IMG/VR virus record: IMGVR_UViG_3300028587_000028
Coordinates: 1 to 30,187 of that record
Source of the DNA: a virus
Lineage: Duplodnaviria; Caudoviricetes
Direction: 5' to 3' (one strand)
Length of the DNA stretch: 30,187 nucleotides
Below are positions 16,401 to 23,933 of this stretch, in pieces. Within the stretch, counting starts at the first letter, position 1; the number at the start of each line of letters is the position of its first letter. The notes under the pieces were generated by a model that was not told the origin of the DNA, ran no database searches, and worked only from the letters and a program-made list of their open reading frames with translations. Position numbers and translations under genes: made by a program.

Positions 16401-16661
16401 TTACGCGCACTTCGGCGTGGCGTCTACTGGCTCCAACTTCAGCGGAAGCGGGTCTCCGTCCATCAGCCTGACTGCCCACCCGTCCCCGTAGCGCACGCAG
16501 TCGCGGTGGGGGAAGGTGGCCGTCCAGTTCCGAGGGTAAATCGTCACCCTTGGCTGGGCGCCCAGCAGTCGAAAGTTCGTGTTGTGCGGGCGCAGCGTCT
16601 TCACGCCTAGCACCTCGCCGCTGGGTCCAAGGAACGTCACGCGGATGGGCAGGGCGGGCAT
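16401..16661 (-). CDS. Hypothetical protein
   Basis: 86 aa, AGGAG SD, abuts upstream stop. Confidence 0.65.
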   Translation of the reverse strand: MPALPIRVTFLGPSGEVLGVKTLRPHNTNFRLLGAQPRVTIYPRNWTATFPHRDCVRYGDGWAVRLMDGDPLPLKLEPVDATPKCA

Positions 16662-16910
16662 TCATTTCTCCTGCTGGTCGATGACCCACATCAGTCGGTG
16701 CGCTTTGTAACGCTCGTTCAGAGCAGCGGAGCTACTCGGCCAAATCCCCTTGGCGTCATCAGCAAGCGCCTTCGCCGCCCGCTCGATGGCCTCGACTTCG
16801 GCGCGCGCCGAATTGAGCAGCGCGGCGTTCGCTGCACTCATCCCGGACGGGGGCTCCTCCATATAGATTTCCAGCAACGACAACGCATCGTGAATCGCCT
16901 TGGTGCTCAT
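16662..16910 (-). CDS. Hypothetical protein (MSTKAI paralog)
   Basis: 82 aa; aligns with 16907..17161. Confidence 0.75.
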   Translation of the reverse strand: MSTKAIHDALSLLEIYMEEPPSGMSAANAALLNSARAEVEAIERAAKALADDAKGIWPSSSAALNERYKAHRLMWVIDQQEK

Positions 16911-17402
16911 TCGCGCTCCTCCCCATTGCGCTCAGTGTATGCGTGGCCGATGGCGTAGAGGTAGTCAGCAGCGGCATCAACCTCTGGCTCCTTGGACTTG
17001 AGCAGCTCGTTCACGACGCCCCAATCAGCGAGCGTCTGGCACGCCTTCTCCAGAGCCAACAACTCGTCACGTGCTGCCCTGCGCGCCTCCTGCGCCTCGG
17101 GCTCGTGGCCGAGGTAGTTCTCCAGCCAATCCAGCGCCTCCCGAATTGCCTTGGTGCTCATGGTCTCCTCTCCAGTCGCGCTTCCTTGTCGAACCACTCG
17201 CGCTTTGTGGGGACCTGCGTGGCCATCTTCACGGCGGCGCACGTTTCACAACAGGCCACCTGTTCGCCGCCGCTGCGGTCAATCAGGTTCGTCCAGTAGG
17301 GCGTGCGCGTCCGACAGAAACAGCACCTCTCCCACTCCCATGAGCCGCGCGAGAAACCGGCAGGTTCGCGCTTTAGGGGAATGGCCTTCGCCTTGGTGCT
17401 CA
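16897..17402 (-). repeat. Three 13-bp direct repeats TGAGCACCAAGGC at consecutive stop/start junctions
   Basis: Copies at 16897-16909, 17148-17160 and 17390-17402. Confidence 0.85.
16907..17161 (-). CDS. Hypothetical protein (MSTKAI paralog)
   Basis: ATG at 17161, GAGGAG SD; MSTKAI..AL..LE.Y...AR.E..A.E.A...LAD shared. Confidence 0.75.
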   Translation of the reverse strand: MSTKAIREALDWLENYLGHEPEAQEARRAARDELLALEKACQTLADWGVVNELLKSKEPEVDAAADYLYAIGHAYTERNGEERE

Positions 17403-17403
17403 C
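17158..17403 (-). CDS. Zinc-finger protein starting MSTKA
   Basis: GTG at 17403; CCFC...CCETC. Confidence 0.7.
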   Translation of the reverse strand: MSTKAKAIPLKREPAGFSRGSWEWERCCFCRTRTPYWTNLIDRSGGEQVACCETCAAVKMATQVPTKREWFDKEARLERRP

Positions 17404-17660
17404 GCATCCTCCATCGCCAGAATCCCGGCCATCTCGGCGTCTTCCACCTGCTCCGCAACAAGTAGCATCTTCGCCGCCCACCTGCGCAGGGTGTCGGGCG
17501 ATAGCAGCAACTCCTCGGTGTCTTCTCCCAAGCACAGGACGTAGCGCGCCCGTCCGTCCTTGTTGTCATACACCTGCAAGTCGATTTCGTTCGACTCCAT
17601 CGTCTGCCACCCCGCGCGACGCGCCTTCCACGCGAGGAGGTCAATCACTCCGCCGCTCAT
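17400..17660 (-). CDS. Hypothetical protein
   Basis: 86 aa, coupled at both ends. Confidence 0.7.
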   Translation of the reverse strand: MSGGVIDLLAWKARRAGWQTMESNEIDLQVYDNKDGRARYVLCLGEDTEELLLSPDTLRRWAAKMLLVAEQVEDAEMAGILAMEDA

Positions 17661-18250
17661 GGCGCCACCTTGGAGTTTCCACCGGCCGTGTGAGTCGTCA
17701 AATCCTCATCCGCCTTGCGATTTGCCTTGCCCTCCCACTCACCCAGCACGGCGTCCTGTACCTGCTGGTAGTACGAATCGAGGATGTCCGCTGCGACGTG
17801 AGCCTTGGGCGCTGGCTCCGTGCGGTCGCGCCAGACGGGCGAGAGGTCGGCAAGGGCGAGACTGCACGCCTTGCTCGTCTCCTCCTCCCTGTCGTGGGCG
17901 ATGGCAATCCACATCAGGGCGTCGGGGCCATGGGTGGACCTCCGCTCTCCGTCCACCTCCACCAGCCCAAGGCGCGTCAGGATGGCGGAGAGGATGGACT
18001 GGGCGGCGCGACGAACTTCAAGTTCGCGCTCCATGAGGCCGAGGATGGCGCGTCCACGCGGCATCGGCAGCCCCTGCGTGGATTCAACGTCATAGACATT
18101 TGCCTTGAACACGTCCTGAGAAGACAGGTCCGCCACGAACTCCTGCACCCCGTATCCAGGGATGAAGCAGGCGAACTTGAACGACGGCTGGAGTTGGAAC
18201 GGCACTTCGACCGGAGTACTACGACCGACGACACGGATAGGCAGGTGCAT
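17657..18250 (-). CDS. Hypothetical protein
   Basis: 197 aa, AAGGGGG SD, own promoter. Confidence 0.75.
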   Translation of the reverse strand: MHLPIRVVGRSTPVEVPFQLQPSFKFACFIPGYGVQEFVADLSSQDVFKANVYDVESTQGLPMPRGRAILGLMERELEVRRAAQSILSAILTRLGLVEVDGERRSTHGPDALMWIAIAHDREEETSKACSLALADLSPVWRDRTEPAPKAHVAADILDSYYQQVQDAVLGEWEGKANRKADEDLTTHTAGGNSKVAP

Positions 18251-18264
18251 GAATCCCCCTTGAG

Positions 18265-18825
18265 TCAGAGAGATAGTGCACCAGACTCTTTCGTGAAGTC
18301 AACTCCCGCGCAGTCATTTGTCCATGACGCGGCGCATGGTGGTCTCGGTGTCCTCTGGCCACCTGCATGGGCATGTCTCGGAGTGGTTGCGGTAGAGCGA
18401 TTCCACGCACTCACGCTCCCCCGTCTGGCGGTCCGGAATCTTGGACACAGGGACATTGCAGCGCGCGCAGACAAGCCACCGCACGCCATCCAGCATTGCT
18501 CCTCCGACGTGCGAGTGGATGCACTTTGACCGGTCTGGCCACTCTCCGGGCTTGAGGTAGTTAACGCCTGCGCCTCCGGCTTGGCGCCCTGCTTGAGCGC
18601 ATCTACGAGGTTCCCCTCTGCAACCATCCGCTCAGCCTTGGCGGTGGCGTACTGCTCAACATGCAGGATGAGGTCTCGTCGGGCATTAATCTCCTGTCGC
18701 CACCCATCACGCATCTGCCTATAGAAGTGCTCAGCCATGCGCCAGTAGGCAAAGAACGCCACGGCGAAGATGGTGGACACCGTGGCCCACGCCCACAGCA
18801 ACGCTTCTCTCGTCTCAGCATCCAT
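18265..18825 (-). CDS. Membrane-anchored hypothetical protein (3' end doubtful)
   Basis: AGGAGG SD; TM LLWAWATVSTIFAVAFFAYW; tail overlaps the next gene and a promoter. Confidence 0.55.
   Translation of the reverse strand: MDAETREALLWAWATVSTIFAVAFFAYWRMAEHFYRQMRDGWRQEINARRDLILHVEQYATAKAERMVAEGNLVDALKQGAKPEAQALTTSSPESGQTGQSASTRTSEEQCWMACGGLSARAAMSLCPRFRTARRGSVSAWNRSTATTPRHAHAGGQRTPRPPCAASWTNDCAGVDFTKESGALSL
18273..18302 (-). promoter_or_regulatory. Promoter with CGAAAGAG spacer motif
   Basis: TTGACT-18-CACTAT; CGAAAGAG at 18286-18293. Confidence 0.6.
18314..18496 (-). CDS. Small Zn-binding-type protein
   Basis: GGAGGAG SD; CARC...H...C.C. Confidence 0.55.
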   Translation of the reverse strand: MLDGVRWLVCARCNVPVSKIPDRQTGERECVESLYRNHSETCPCRWPEDTETTMRRVMDK

Positions 18826-18913
18826 ACGGCCTCCTAAACGGCAACCGCGGGCAGCCACACCCCAGGGGCCTGCCGCACAGGCGGCACCGGGGCGGGCGGT
18901 GGACGTGGCTCAC
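18815..18913 (-). CDS. 32-aa Cys-rich microprotein (not in ORF track)
   Basis: MSHVHRPPRCRLCGRPLGCGCPRLPFRRPYGC*; GTGA-coupled. Confidence 0.45.
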   Translation of the reverse strand: MSHVHRPPRCRLCGRPLGCGCPRLPFRRPYGC

Positions 18914-19278
18914 GGCTGGCCACCGTCAATCACCGACAGCGACGGCCGGGACTTGGGCTCTCGGGGTCGGATGCGCTCCTTGGGCTGGAAGCCATGCATC
19001 CGTGCGAAGTCGATTGCCCACACCCGCGCCTCGGCCTTTGTCTTCGGGAACGGAGCAACCTGCTTCACGGACAGGTTCGTCCAGAACGAATCGCAGTGAA
19101 GGCCAATCTCCCAGCCCCAGACCCCATCGTACTTCCGCCGCCTAAACGTGAACGCCTTGGCGCCATTCTCCCAGTCAGGAGGGCGCAAGCCGAGGTCCGA
19201 CACAGCAAGGACGAAAGAGGCATCCTGCCGAACCGCGACAGCGAGCGTGCGCGGCCCCATCGGAATTACGTTGCTCAC
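18910..19278 (-). CDS. Hypothetical protein
   Basis: GTG at 19278 overlaps upstream stop; ends LSVIDGG. Confidence 0.7.
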   Translation of the reverse strand: MSNVIPMGPRTLAVAVRQDASFVLAVSDLGLRPPDWENGAKAFTFRRRKYDGVWGWEIGLHCDSFWTNLSVKQVAPFPKTKAEARVWAIDFARMHGFQPKERIRPREPKSRPSLSVIDGGQP

Positions 19279-19664
19279 CGCCCATCCCTCCGGAGTAGGT
19301 ACAGCCGGGCGCGGTGCGCGAGTCGCAGCGAGTCCTGGTACAGCGCCCATGCCTCGGTGGCCCTCGCCTCGTCGCCGTAGCGGTGGGCCGCGTCAGCCTC
19401 CGCGCGCCAGTAGCAGACACCGTCCAGTGCCTCCTGGTAGGCGTCTGCTGCGTGGTCCCTGCCGTTGTCGGACTGGTGGGGGCAGCCGTGCTTATTGCGG
19501 CCAAACAGGTCGCGGGCGTGGGCGTCCTGCACCATGAGCGCCCAGACCGTAGCCGTGTCTCCGCCAAGTTCAAACGCGCGACGGCGGAACTCCTCCGCAA
19601 TGCCCTCCCACGTCGGCCGGGCCTTGCCCTTCACGGGCGGGGGCTGGGGTGTGAGGTGGCTCAT
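19275..19664 (-). CDS. MazG-like all-alpha NTP pyrophosphohydrolase (putative)
   Basis: R...G..KHG...D...DAYQEALD...Y pattern. Confidence 0.55.
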   Translation of the reverse strand: MSHLTPQPPPVKGKARPTWEGIAEEFRRRAFELGGDTATVWALMVQDAHARDLFGRNKHGCPHQSDNGRDHAADAYQEALDGVCYWRAEADAAHRYGDEARATEAWALYQDSLRLAHRARLYLLRRDGR

Positions 19665-19870
19665 TCCGTCACCAGCCTGAGCGTGGCGCCATCCATCGTC
19701 AGGCGGCCCTTGTAGACATCCGCCTTCACACGCCGCTCGCGCATCAGTCGGCGGATGTCCTCGGACACGCGCCAGTCCCGGGCCTCCGTCAGCGGCCGGT
19801 CCCAGCGCATCGCGCGCCGGTTGCTCTCACACATCGCGCAGGGGCAGAAGGTGTCCATATAGAAATCCAT
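19661..19870 (-). CDS. Hypothetical protein with CPCAMC motif
   Basis: ATG at 19870 via TGATG overlap. Confidence 0.6.
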   Translation of the reverse strand: MDFYMDTFCPCAMCESNRRAMRWDRPLTEARDWRVSEDIRRLMRERRVKADVYKGRLTMDGATLRLVTE

Positions 19871-19983
19871 CACCACTCCATCCAGGGTTTGCGGCAGTGG
19901 ACGCAGGCCCACTTGTCGGGCCTGCGCGGGTCAAGGCTCCGTGGCGATTCGTGCCACCCGAGCCAGCAGAGCAGGCGTCTCAC
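19870..19983 (-). CDS. 37-aa Zn-finger microprotein, DUF1660-like pattern (not in ORF track)
   Basis: MRRLLCWLGWHESPRSLDPRRPDKWACVHCRKPWMEW*. Confidence 0.6.
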   Translation of the reverse strand: MRRLLCWLGWHESPRSLDPRRPDKWACVHCRKPWMEW

Positions 19984-20150
19984 AGGCGCCACCACTCAAC
20001 CACGTTGCCCACGCCGTGGATTCGGGCGTAGCCAAACGCCGCCTTGCCGCACTCGGGGCATGCCGCCGTCCCCATTGGCTTCAGCGGGAATGCGGCGGGC
20101 AGGGTGTGCCCGGACAGCGCGCACCGGATTCTCTTCAGCAGGCGTCTCAT
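19980..20150 (-). CDS. 56-aa Zn-finger microprotein, DUF1660-like pattern (not in ORF track)
   Basis: MRRLLKRIRCALSGH...CPECGK...; coupled at both ends. Confidence 0.65.
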   Translation of the reverse strand: MRRLLKRIRCALSGHTLPAAFPLKPMGTAACPECGKAAFGYARIHGVGNVVEWWRL

Positions 20151-20602
20151 GCCTTCTTCCTCCTCTTGGGCACCACGGACTCCGTCTGCGCCTTCTGGTA
20201 GGCAGGGGTGACGCGGTATCCCGCCAACTGTACAGACGCCGTGCGTTGAGACTCCTCAATCTGGCGCTGGATGGCAGGCGGTGGCATCACGAATCCGCGC
20301 GCCGACTCAAGCGGCCCCAACTCCGACTCCACGCCCAGCGCCACGGCGTGCAGCGCCTCCGATGGCGTCCGCACGACATGGACGGTACCCAGTGCCGCGT
20401 GGATGCGCGCGAAGGTCTTCTCCTGCGCGGGCGTCAACTTGCCCTTCGGCCCCTTCACTTCCAGAAGCCGAATCACCCCGCGCCGGATGCACAGGAGGTC
20501 CATCAGCCCCGTATCCGACACCGTGAAGACGGACCACCCAGCCAACTCCAGCGCCCGGACAATCTCGGGCTCGTTCTGGTCCCGCTTGGCGGCCATCCTC
20601 AA
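20147..20602 (-). CDS. VRR-NUC / PD-(D/E)XK nuclease, Holliday junction resolvase-like
   Basis: AAKRDQNE..IV.AL, DLL, LLEVK..KGKLTPAQ; start TTG at 20602 or ATG at 20596. Confidence 0.85.
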   Translation of the reverse strand: MRMAAKRDQNEPEIVRALELAGWSVFTVSDTGLMDLLCIRRGVIRLLEVKGPKGKLTPAQEKTFARIHAALGTVHVVRTPSEALHAVALGVESELGPLESARGFVMPPPAIQRQIEESQRTASVQLAGYRVTPAYQKAQTESVVPKRRKKA

Positions 20603-20790
20603 AGCCCACCTCCCAGCGGCCAAAGGGAGCGCCACTCGCCCACCATGCGGCGCAGGTCGCGGATGTCCTCCTGATAGAGCGACCGCAGCGACGACTTGTA
20701 GTGGCGTCGGTCCCACGCGCGCTGCTCGCGCACCATGGCGATTTCTCGGAGCGTCAGTGCATCCACCATCGAGAAGAGGAGCGCGTTCAT
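20599..20790 (-). CDS. Hypothetical protein
   Basis: 63 aa, coupled. Confidence 0.65.
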   Translation of the reverse strand: MNALLFSMVDALTLREIAMVREQRAWDRRHYKSSLRSLYQEDIRDLRRMVGEWRSLWPLGGGL

Positions 20791-21077
20791 TCTCCGCCCT
20801 CCTTCGGCCAGTCCTTGGCATCCATGCTCATGTCGCCAGCGGGGATGTCTCCCGGCAGCGATAGGGCAATCATCAGCATGGATGAGGCGAACTCAACGGC
20901 GTGCTGCTTTGAGAGCCAGCACACCTTCCCGTCGCTCTGGCATCCGAAGAGGACGGCGGCGCTCCCGTCCTCACCGATGGCGCCTTCGATGATTGCCACG
21001 TCCTGCTTACCCTCGGGTCGAGTCTTGTCGTAGACGCGAGAGGACCGCATCACCACGCGAGACTTGTCGTTGCTCAT
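20787..21077 (-). CDS. Hypothetical protein
   Basis: ATG at 21077 overlaps upstream stop, GGAGG SD. Confidence 0.7.
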   Translation of the reverse strand: MSNDKSRVVMRSSRVYDKTRPEGKQDVAIIEGAIGEDGSAAVLFGCQSDGKVCWLSKQHAVEFASSMLMIALSLPGDIPAGDMSMDAKDWPKEGGE

Positions 21078-21373
21078 ATCCCCACCTCCGTCGCGAGATG
21101 ACCCGCGCATATCCCAGACTCTAAAGCCGGTTGGCTACAGCGTCTACATTTCCGCCGCGTGTCTGGAGGAATGAAGCCTGCCGGGGAGGTGGCCTTGCGC
21201 AGCACGCCGCGCACGTCCTGCCGCGCTACGAATTGGCGCAGGCGATTCTCCCGCCCCGGAGTCGGCGCCGAGTCTTTCGTGAGGAGCCACGTCAGCGCGT
21301 GGACTGAGCAGAGGGATTCACGGCACGCGTCACGCGCACAGTCGGACACGGCGCACTTCGGCTTGCACGTCAC
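21074..21373 (-). CDS. Protein with two C-C-C-H Zn motifs
   Basis: CAVSDC...LCSVH and CRRC...ICAGH. Confidence 0.65.
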   Translation of the reverse strand: MTCKPKCAVSDCARDACRESLCSVHALTWLLTKDSAPTPGRENRLRQFVARQDVRGVLRKATSPAGFIPPDTRRKCRRCSQPALESGICAGHLATEVGI

Positions 21374-21669
21374 CACGGGCATGGCGGCAACCTTTCGCGG
21401 CGAAACATCTCCTCTGCAGGCGAAGCTGTGACGCTGTTCCCCAGCGGCTTCATGCAGCGCTCTCCGTCAAGCAGCAGGGCCGCCGCATGTTCAATGCTTC
21501 CAGAGCGGAAGCAAAACCATCGCAACTTCATGCAAGAGCATGTCCCGTCCGACTTGTCGCGGAGGTACACCATGCCGTCCTCTATTGCGACCTCGTACCC
21601 AAGCCGCTGCAGTTCCCTGTAGACGTCCTTTGCAACTCGCCTCGCCTCTTCCTCCCACGTCGTCTTCAT
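21370..21669 (-). CDS. Hypothetical protein
   Basis: 99 aa, ATGA-coupled to helicase. Confidence 0.65.
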   Translation of the reverse strand: MKTTWEEEARRVAKDVYRELQRLGYEVAIEDGMVYLRDKSDGTCSCMKLRWFCFRSGSIEHAAALLLDGERCMKPLGNSVTASPAEEMFRRERLPPCPW

Positions 21670-23006
21670 CGCGCTCCCCTCTCGCTTTCGGTGTAGCCCT
21701 TCTCGCCTTCCCGCTTCCGCCCACCAATCGACTCCACGAGTCCAGCAGAGGCATTGAAGGGCATCGTGAAGTCAATGTCCCGCTCGCCTTCCGTCTGTTT
21801 GAGGATGGTCGCCACGATGCTGGAGTTATCGCCCTCCAGCCGCCACAGGGCGACGATGGCGCGCGCCACCTCGGCAAAGCCAGTGGTGTTCTTCAGAAGC
21901 TCCGTGGTGGGTCGGATGAAGGCGCCTTCCTTGCTGCTGTTCCCGTTCTTCTTCAGGTGCATCAGCAGGACGACGGCCACGTTGAGGCCCTTCGCCACGT
22001 CGCGTAGGACGCGAACCATGTGAGCGCTGCGAATGTCGTGGCGCTCGTCTCCAGAGACGTCAATCTCCGAGGCGTTGTCGATGATGATGACCTCGGCCCC
22101 CATTTGCACCACCATCTGGCGCGCAGTGGCGGCAATCTGGTCTGCTGACAAGCCTGTGCGCTCGTCGATGAAGATGTTCTCTCCCCACTCGCGCGACTGC
22201 ATGACGGCGTCTTCAATGTACTGGTCGCGGATGTCGCTGGTGCGCTCAGCCGACATGAGCGTCCGCACTGGGACGCCAGAGGCATCCGCAAGGTAGCGCT
22301 TGGCCACCCAGTATTCAGGGTCCTCCAGCGAGAAGAGGCCCACCTTCCGGCCGCACTGCCCAAGGTTGAGGATCATCCGCCCTGCAACGGCGCCCTTGCC
22401 CACGCCAGGGTAGGCGGGAAGCAGGGTGACGATGCCGCGCGACAAGCCGCCCAGTAGTTCGTCCCACACGTCAATGTTGGTGGGGATGTAGTGCTGGTAC
22501 TCGCCGCTTCGGATGGCGTGAAGGCGCTCAATCAGCGTTTCCATGGAGTCGGTGAAAGTCCTCACCTTGTCCACGCCAGCAGCGCCAAGCTGGGCGAGCG
22601 CTGCGGAGGCGTCCAGCGCTGCTTTCTCCGGCGTCACGTTTGGGTCGCAAGCCATCTCAGCGGCGCGGATGGCGGCCTCTCGCACGCGACGGCGCCGGGC
22701 AGCCTCGCGGACCATGGCAGCGAACGGAGCAGGCGTTGCGAGCGGCGGGAGATTCCCCGTCAGCGCCATGACGGCCGTTGGGCCTCCTACCTCGCTCATC
22801 TCGCCAGCGGCCTTGAGCCGGTCGTTCACCGTCAACTCGTTCACCGGCTGGTGGCGACGGTGCAGGTAGGCCATGGCGCGGAACACCAGCGCATACGGCA
22901 GGTGCGAGAATTCCTCCGGGGCCAGCGGGAGGACGTCTTCAACAGTGCCGTTTCCAGCGAGAATGGAGCCCAACAGGGCCGCTTCGGCTTCGTGATTTGT
23001 CAGCAT
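21666..23006 (-). CDS. dnaB: DnaB-family replicative helicase-like protein (divergent motifs)
   Basis: N-terminal EAE.ALLGSIL, Walker A-like AYPGVGKG, FSLE, IIID, VA..LNV.VVLL.H. Confidence 0.85.
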   Translation of the reverse strand: MLTNHEAEAALLGSILAGNGTVEDVLPLAPEEFSHLPYALVFRAMAYLHRRHQPVNELTVNDRLKAAGEMSEVGGPTAVMALTGNLPPLATPAPFAAMVREAARRRRVREAAIRAAEMACDPNVTPEKAALDASAALAQLGAAGVDKVRTFTDSMETLIERLHAIRSGEYQHYIPTNIDVWDELLGGLSRGIVTLLPAYPGVGKGAVAGRMILNLGQCGRKVGLFSLEDPEYWVAKRYLADASGVPVRTLMSAERTSDIRDQYIEDAVMQSREWGENIFIDERTGLSADQIAATARQMVVQMGAEVIIIDNASEIDVSGDERHDIRSAHMVRVLRDVAKGLNVAVVLLMHLKKNGNSSKEGAFIRPTTELLKNTTGFAEVARAIVALWRLEGDNSSIVATILKQTEGERDIDFTMPFNASAGLVESIGGRKREGEKGYTESERGAR

Positions 23007-23009
23007 GGG

Positions 23010-23933
23010 CTAGAGTCTCGGCAAATCGCCGCTGGGCGTTGGGCGGGACACGGTGACGGGGTTGGGGCCTAGTCGGGGCACATCGTGGCCTGACGCCGTC
23101 TTTCCGGCCACCACAGAGGCACTGGGGTTGAAGTCGGCCACCATGTCGCGCGTCTTGGCGCGCAGCAGCCAGTCCACGTCGGCGCGCCAGCCGGACGGGT
23201 TTTCGCCCCGGTTGAAGGGCCGGGCGAGTTCGTGGGTCAGCCATGCCTCCCAGCGGGCCAAGTCAGGGCACGCCTCCAGCGCGAGGCGTGCGGCGCGCTC
23301 CCTGGGCTTGGACATGGCCTCCCAGCGCTGGCACCCGGCAGGTGGAGCCACGCGGTTCCAGACTTCGCGCAGGGCTTCCGGGGGCGGGCCCTTGGGCTTG
23401 GCCGGTGCGGCGAACAGTGCGGGTTGGCTGGCCTCCTCCACCGCGTCGTCTGTCGCGTCCGGCAAGTCGTCCACACCATCCGACACGGCGGCAGCCGGGG
23501 CGGGAGAAGAGGATCCACAACCACTCCCAGATCCACTACCACAACCAACAACCACAGGGACTCGACGGGATGTATCCGAATCCTGCCGTGAAACTTCACG
23601 GCTTTTCTCGGGAGGGTCCGGAAGGTCGAAGGATGTCTCCTTCGGGTGGGGTTTCTGGTCCCGCGACCAGTGGACCAGCGCCAAGCACCGCTTGCCGTTG
23701 GCCTCATAGCGGATGACAGCGCCAGCGCCTTCGAGGTCGGACAGCCGCGCTTCAACGTCCACATCGCGGTATGGGAAGAGGGCCGCCTTGATGCGCACTG
23801 GTCGGTTTTCAAGGCGCCCGTCCCTGTCGGCCAACGTGGACAGCCCAATCAGGAGAAGTTGCGCGTCCGGGTGTAGGGTCGCCGTCTCCTCGTCAAAGAA
23901 GAAGTCAGGCTTGATGGATCGGATGCGGGCCAT
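23010..23933 (-). CDS. Phage replication initiator / replisome organizer
   Basis: MARIRSIKPDFF...AD.DGRL winged-helix N-terminus, GS linker, C-terminal GEN..GWRAD.DWLL; adjacent to dnaB. Confidence 0.82.
   Translation of the reverse strand: MARIRSIKPDFFFDEETATLHPDAQLLLIGLSTLADRDGRLENRPVRIKAALFPYRDVDVEARLSDLEGAGAVIRYEANGKRCLALVHWSRDQKPHPKETSFDLPDPPEKSREVSRQDSDTSRRVPVVVGCGSGSGSGCGSSSPAPAAAVSDGVDDLPDATDDAVEEASQPALFAAPAKPKGPPPEALREVWNRVAPPAGCQRWEAMSKPRERAARLALEACPDLARWEAWLTHELARPFNRGENPSGWRADVDWLLRAKTRDMVADFNPSASVVAGKTASGHDVPRLGPNPVTVSRPTPSGDLPRL
23510..23606. other. Candidate replication origin within the initiator gene
   Basis: ccacaacca repeats, two GATCCAC, perfect 8-bp inverted repeat gccgtgaa/ttcacggc at 23585-23602; lambdoid origins lie in the initiator linker. 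Confidence 0.35.

Noticed and set aside
16897-17402. Regularly spaced repeats as a CRISPR array or integron attC sites
   Set aside because: Repeats are only 13 bp, non-palindromic and coding, with about 240-bp genes between them; no cas or integrase gene in the window
19211-19219. ACGAAAGAG match to the promoter box
   Set aside because: Inside a coding region with no adjacent -35/-10; probably chance
14730-21077. Shared TGAGCAACG at three gene starts (14738, 19278, 21077)
   Set aside because: Largely explained by the ATGA/GTGA overlap forcing Ser (AGC) plus a common Asn codon; the genes are not adjacent
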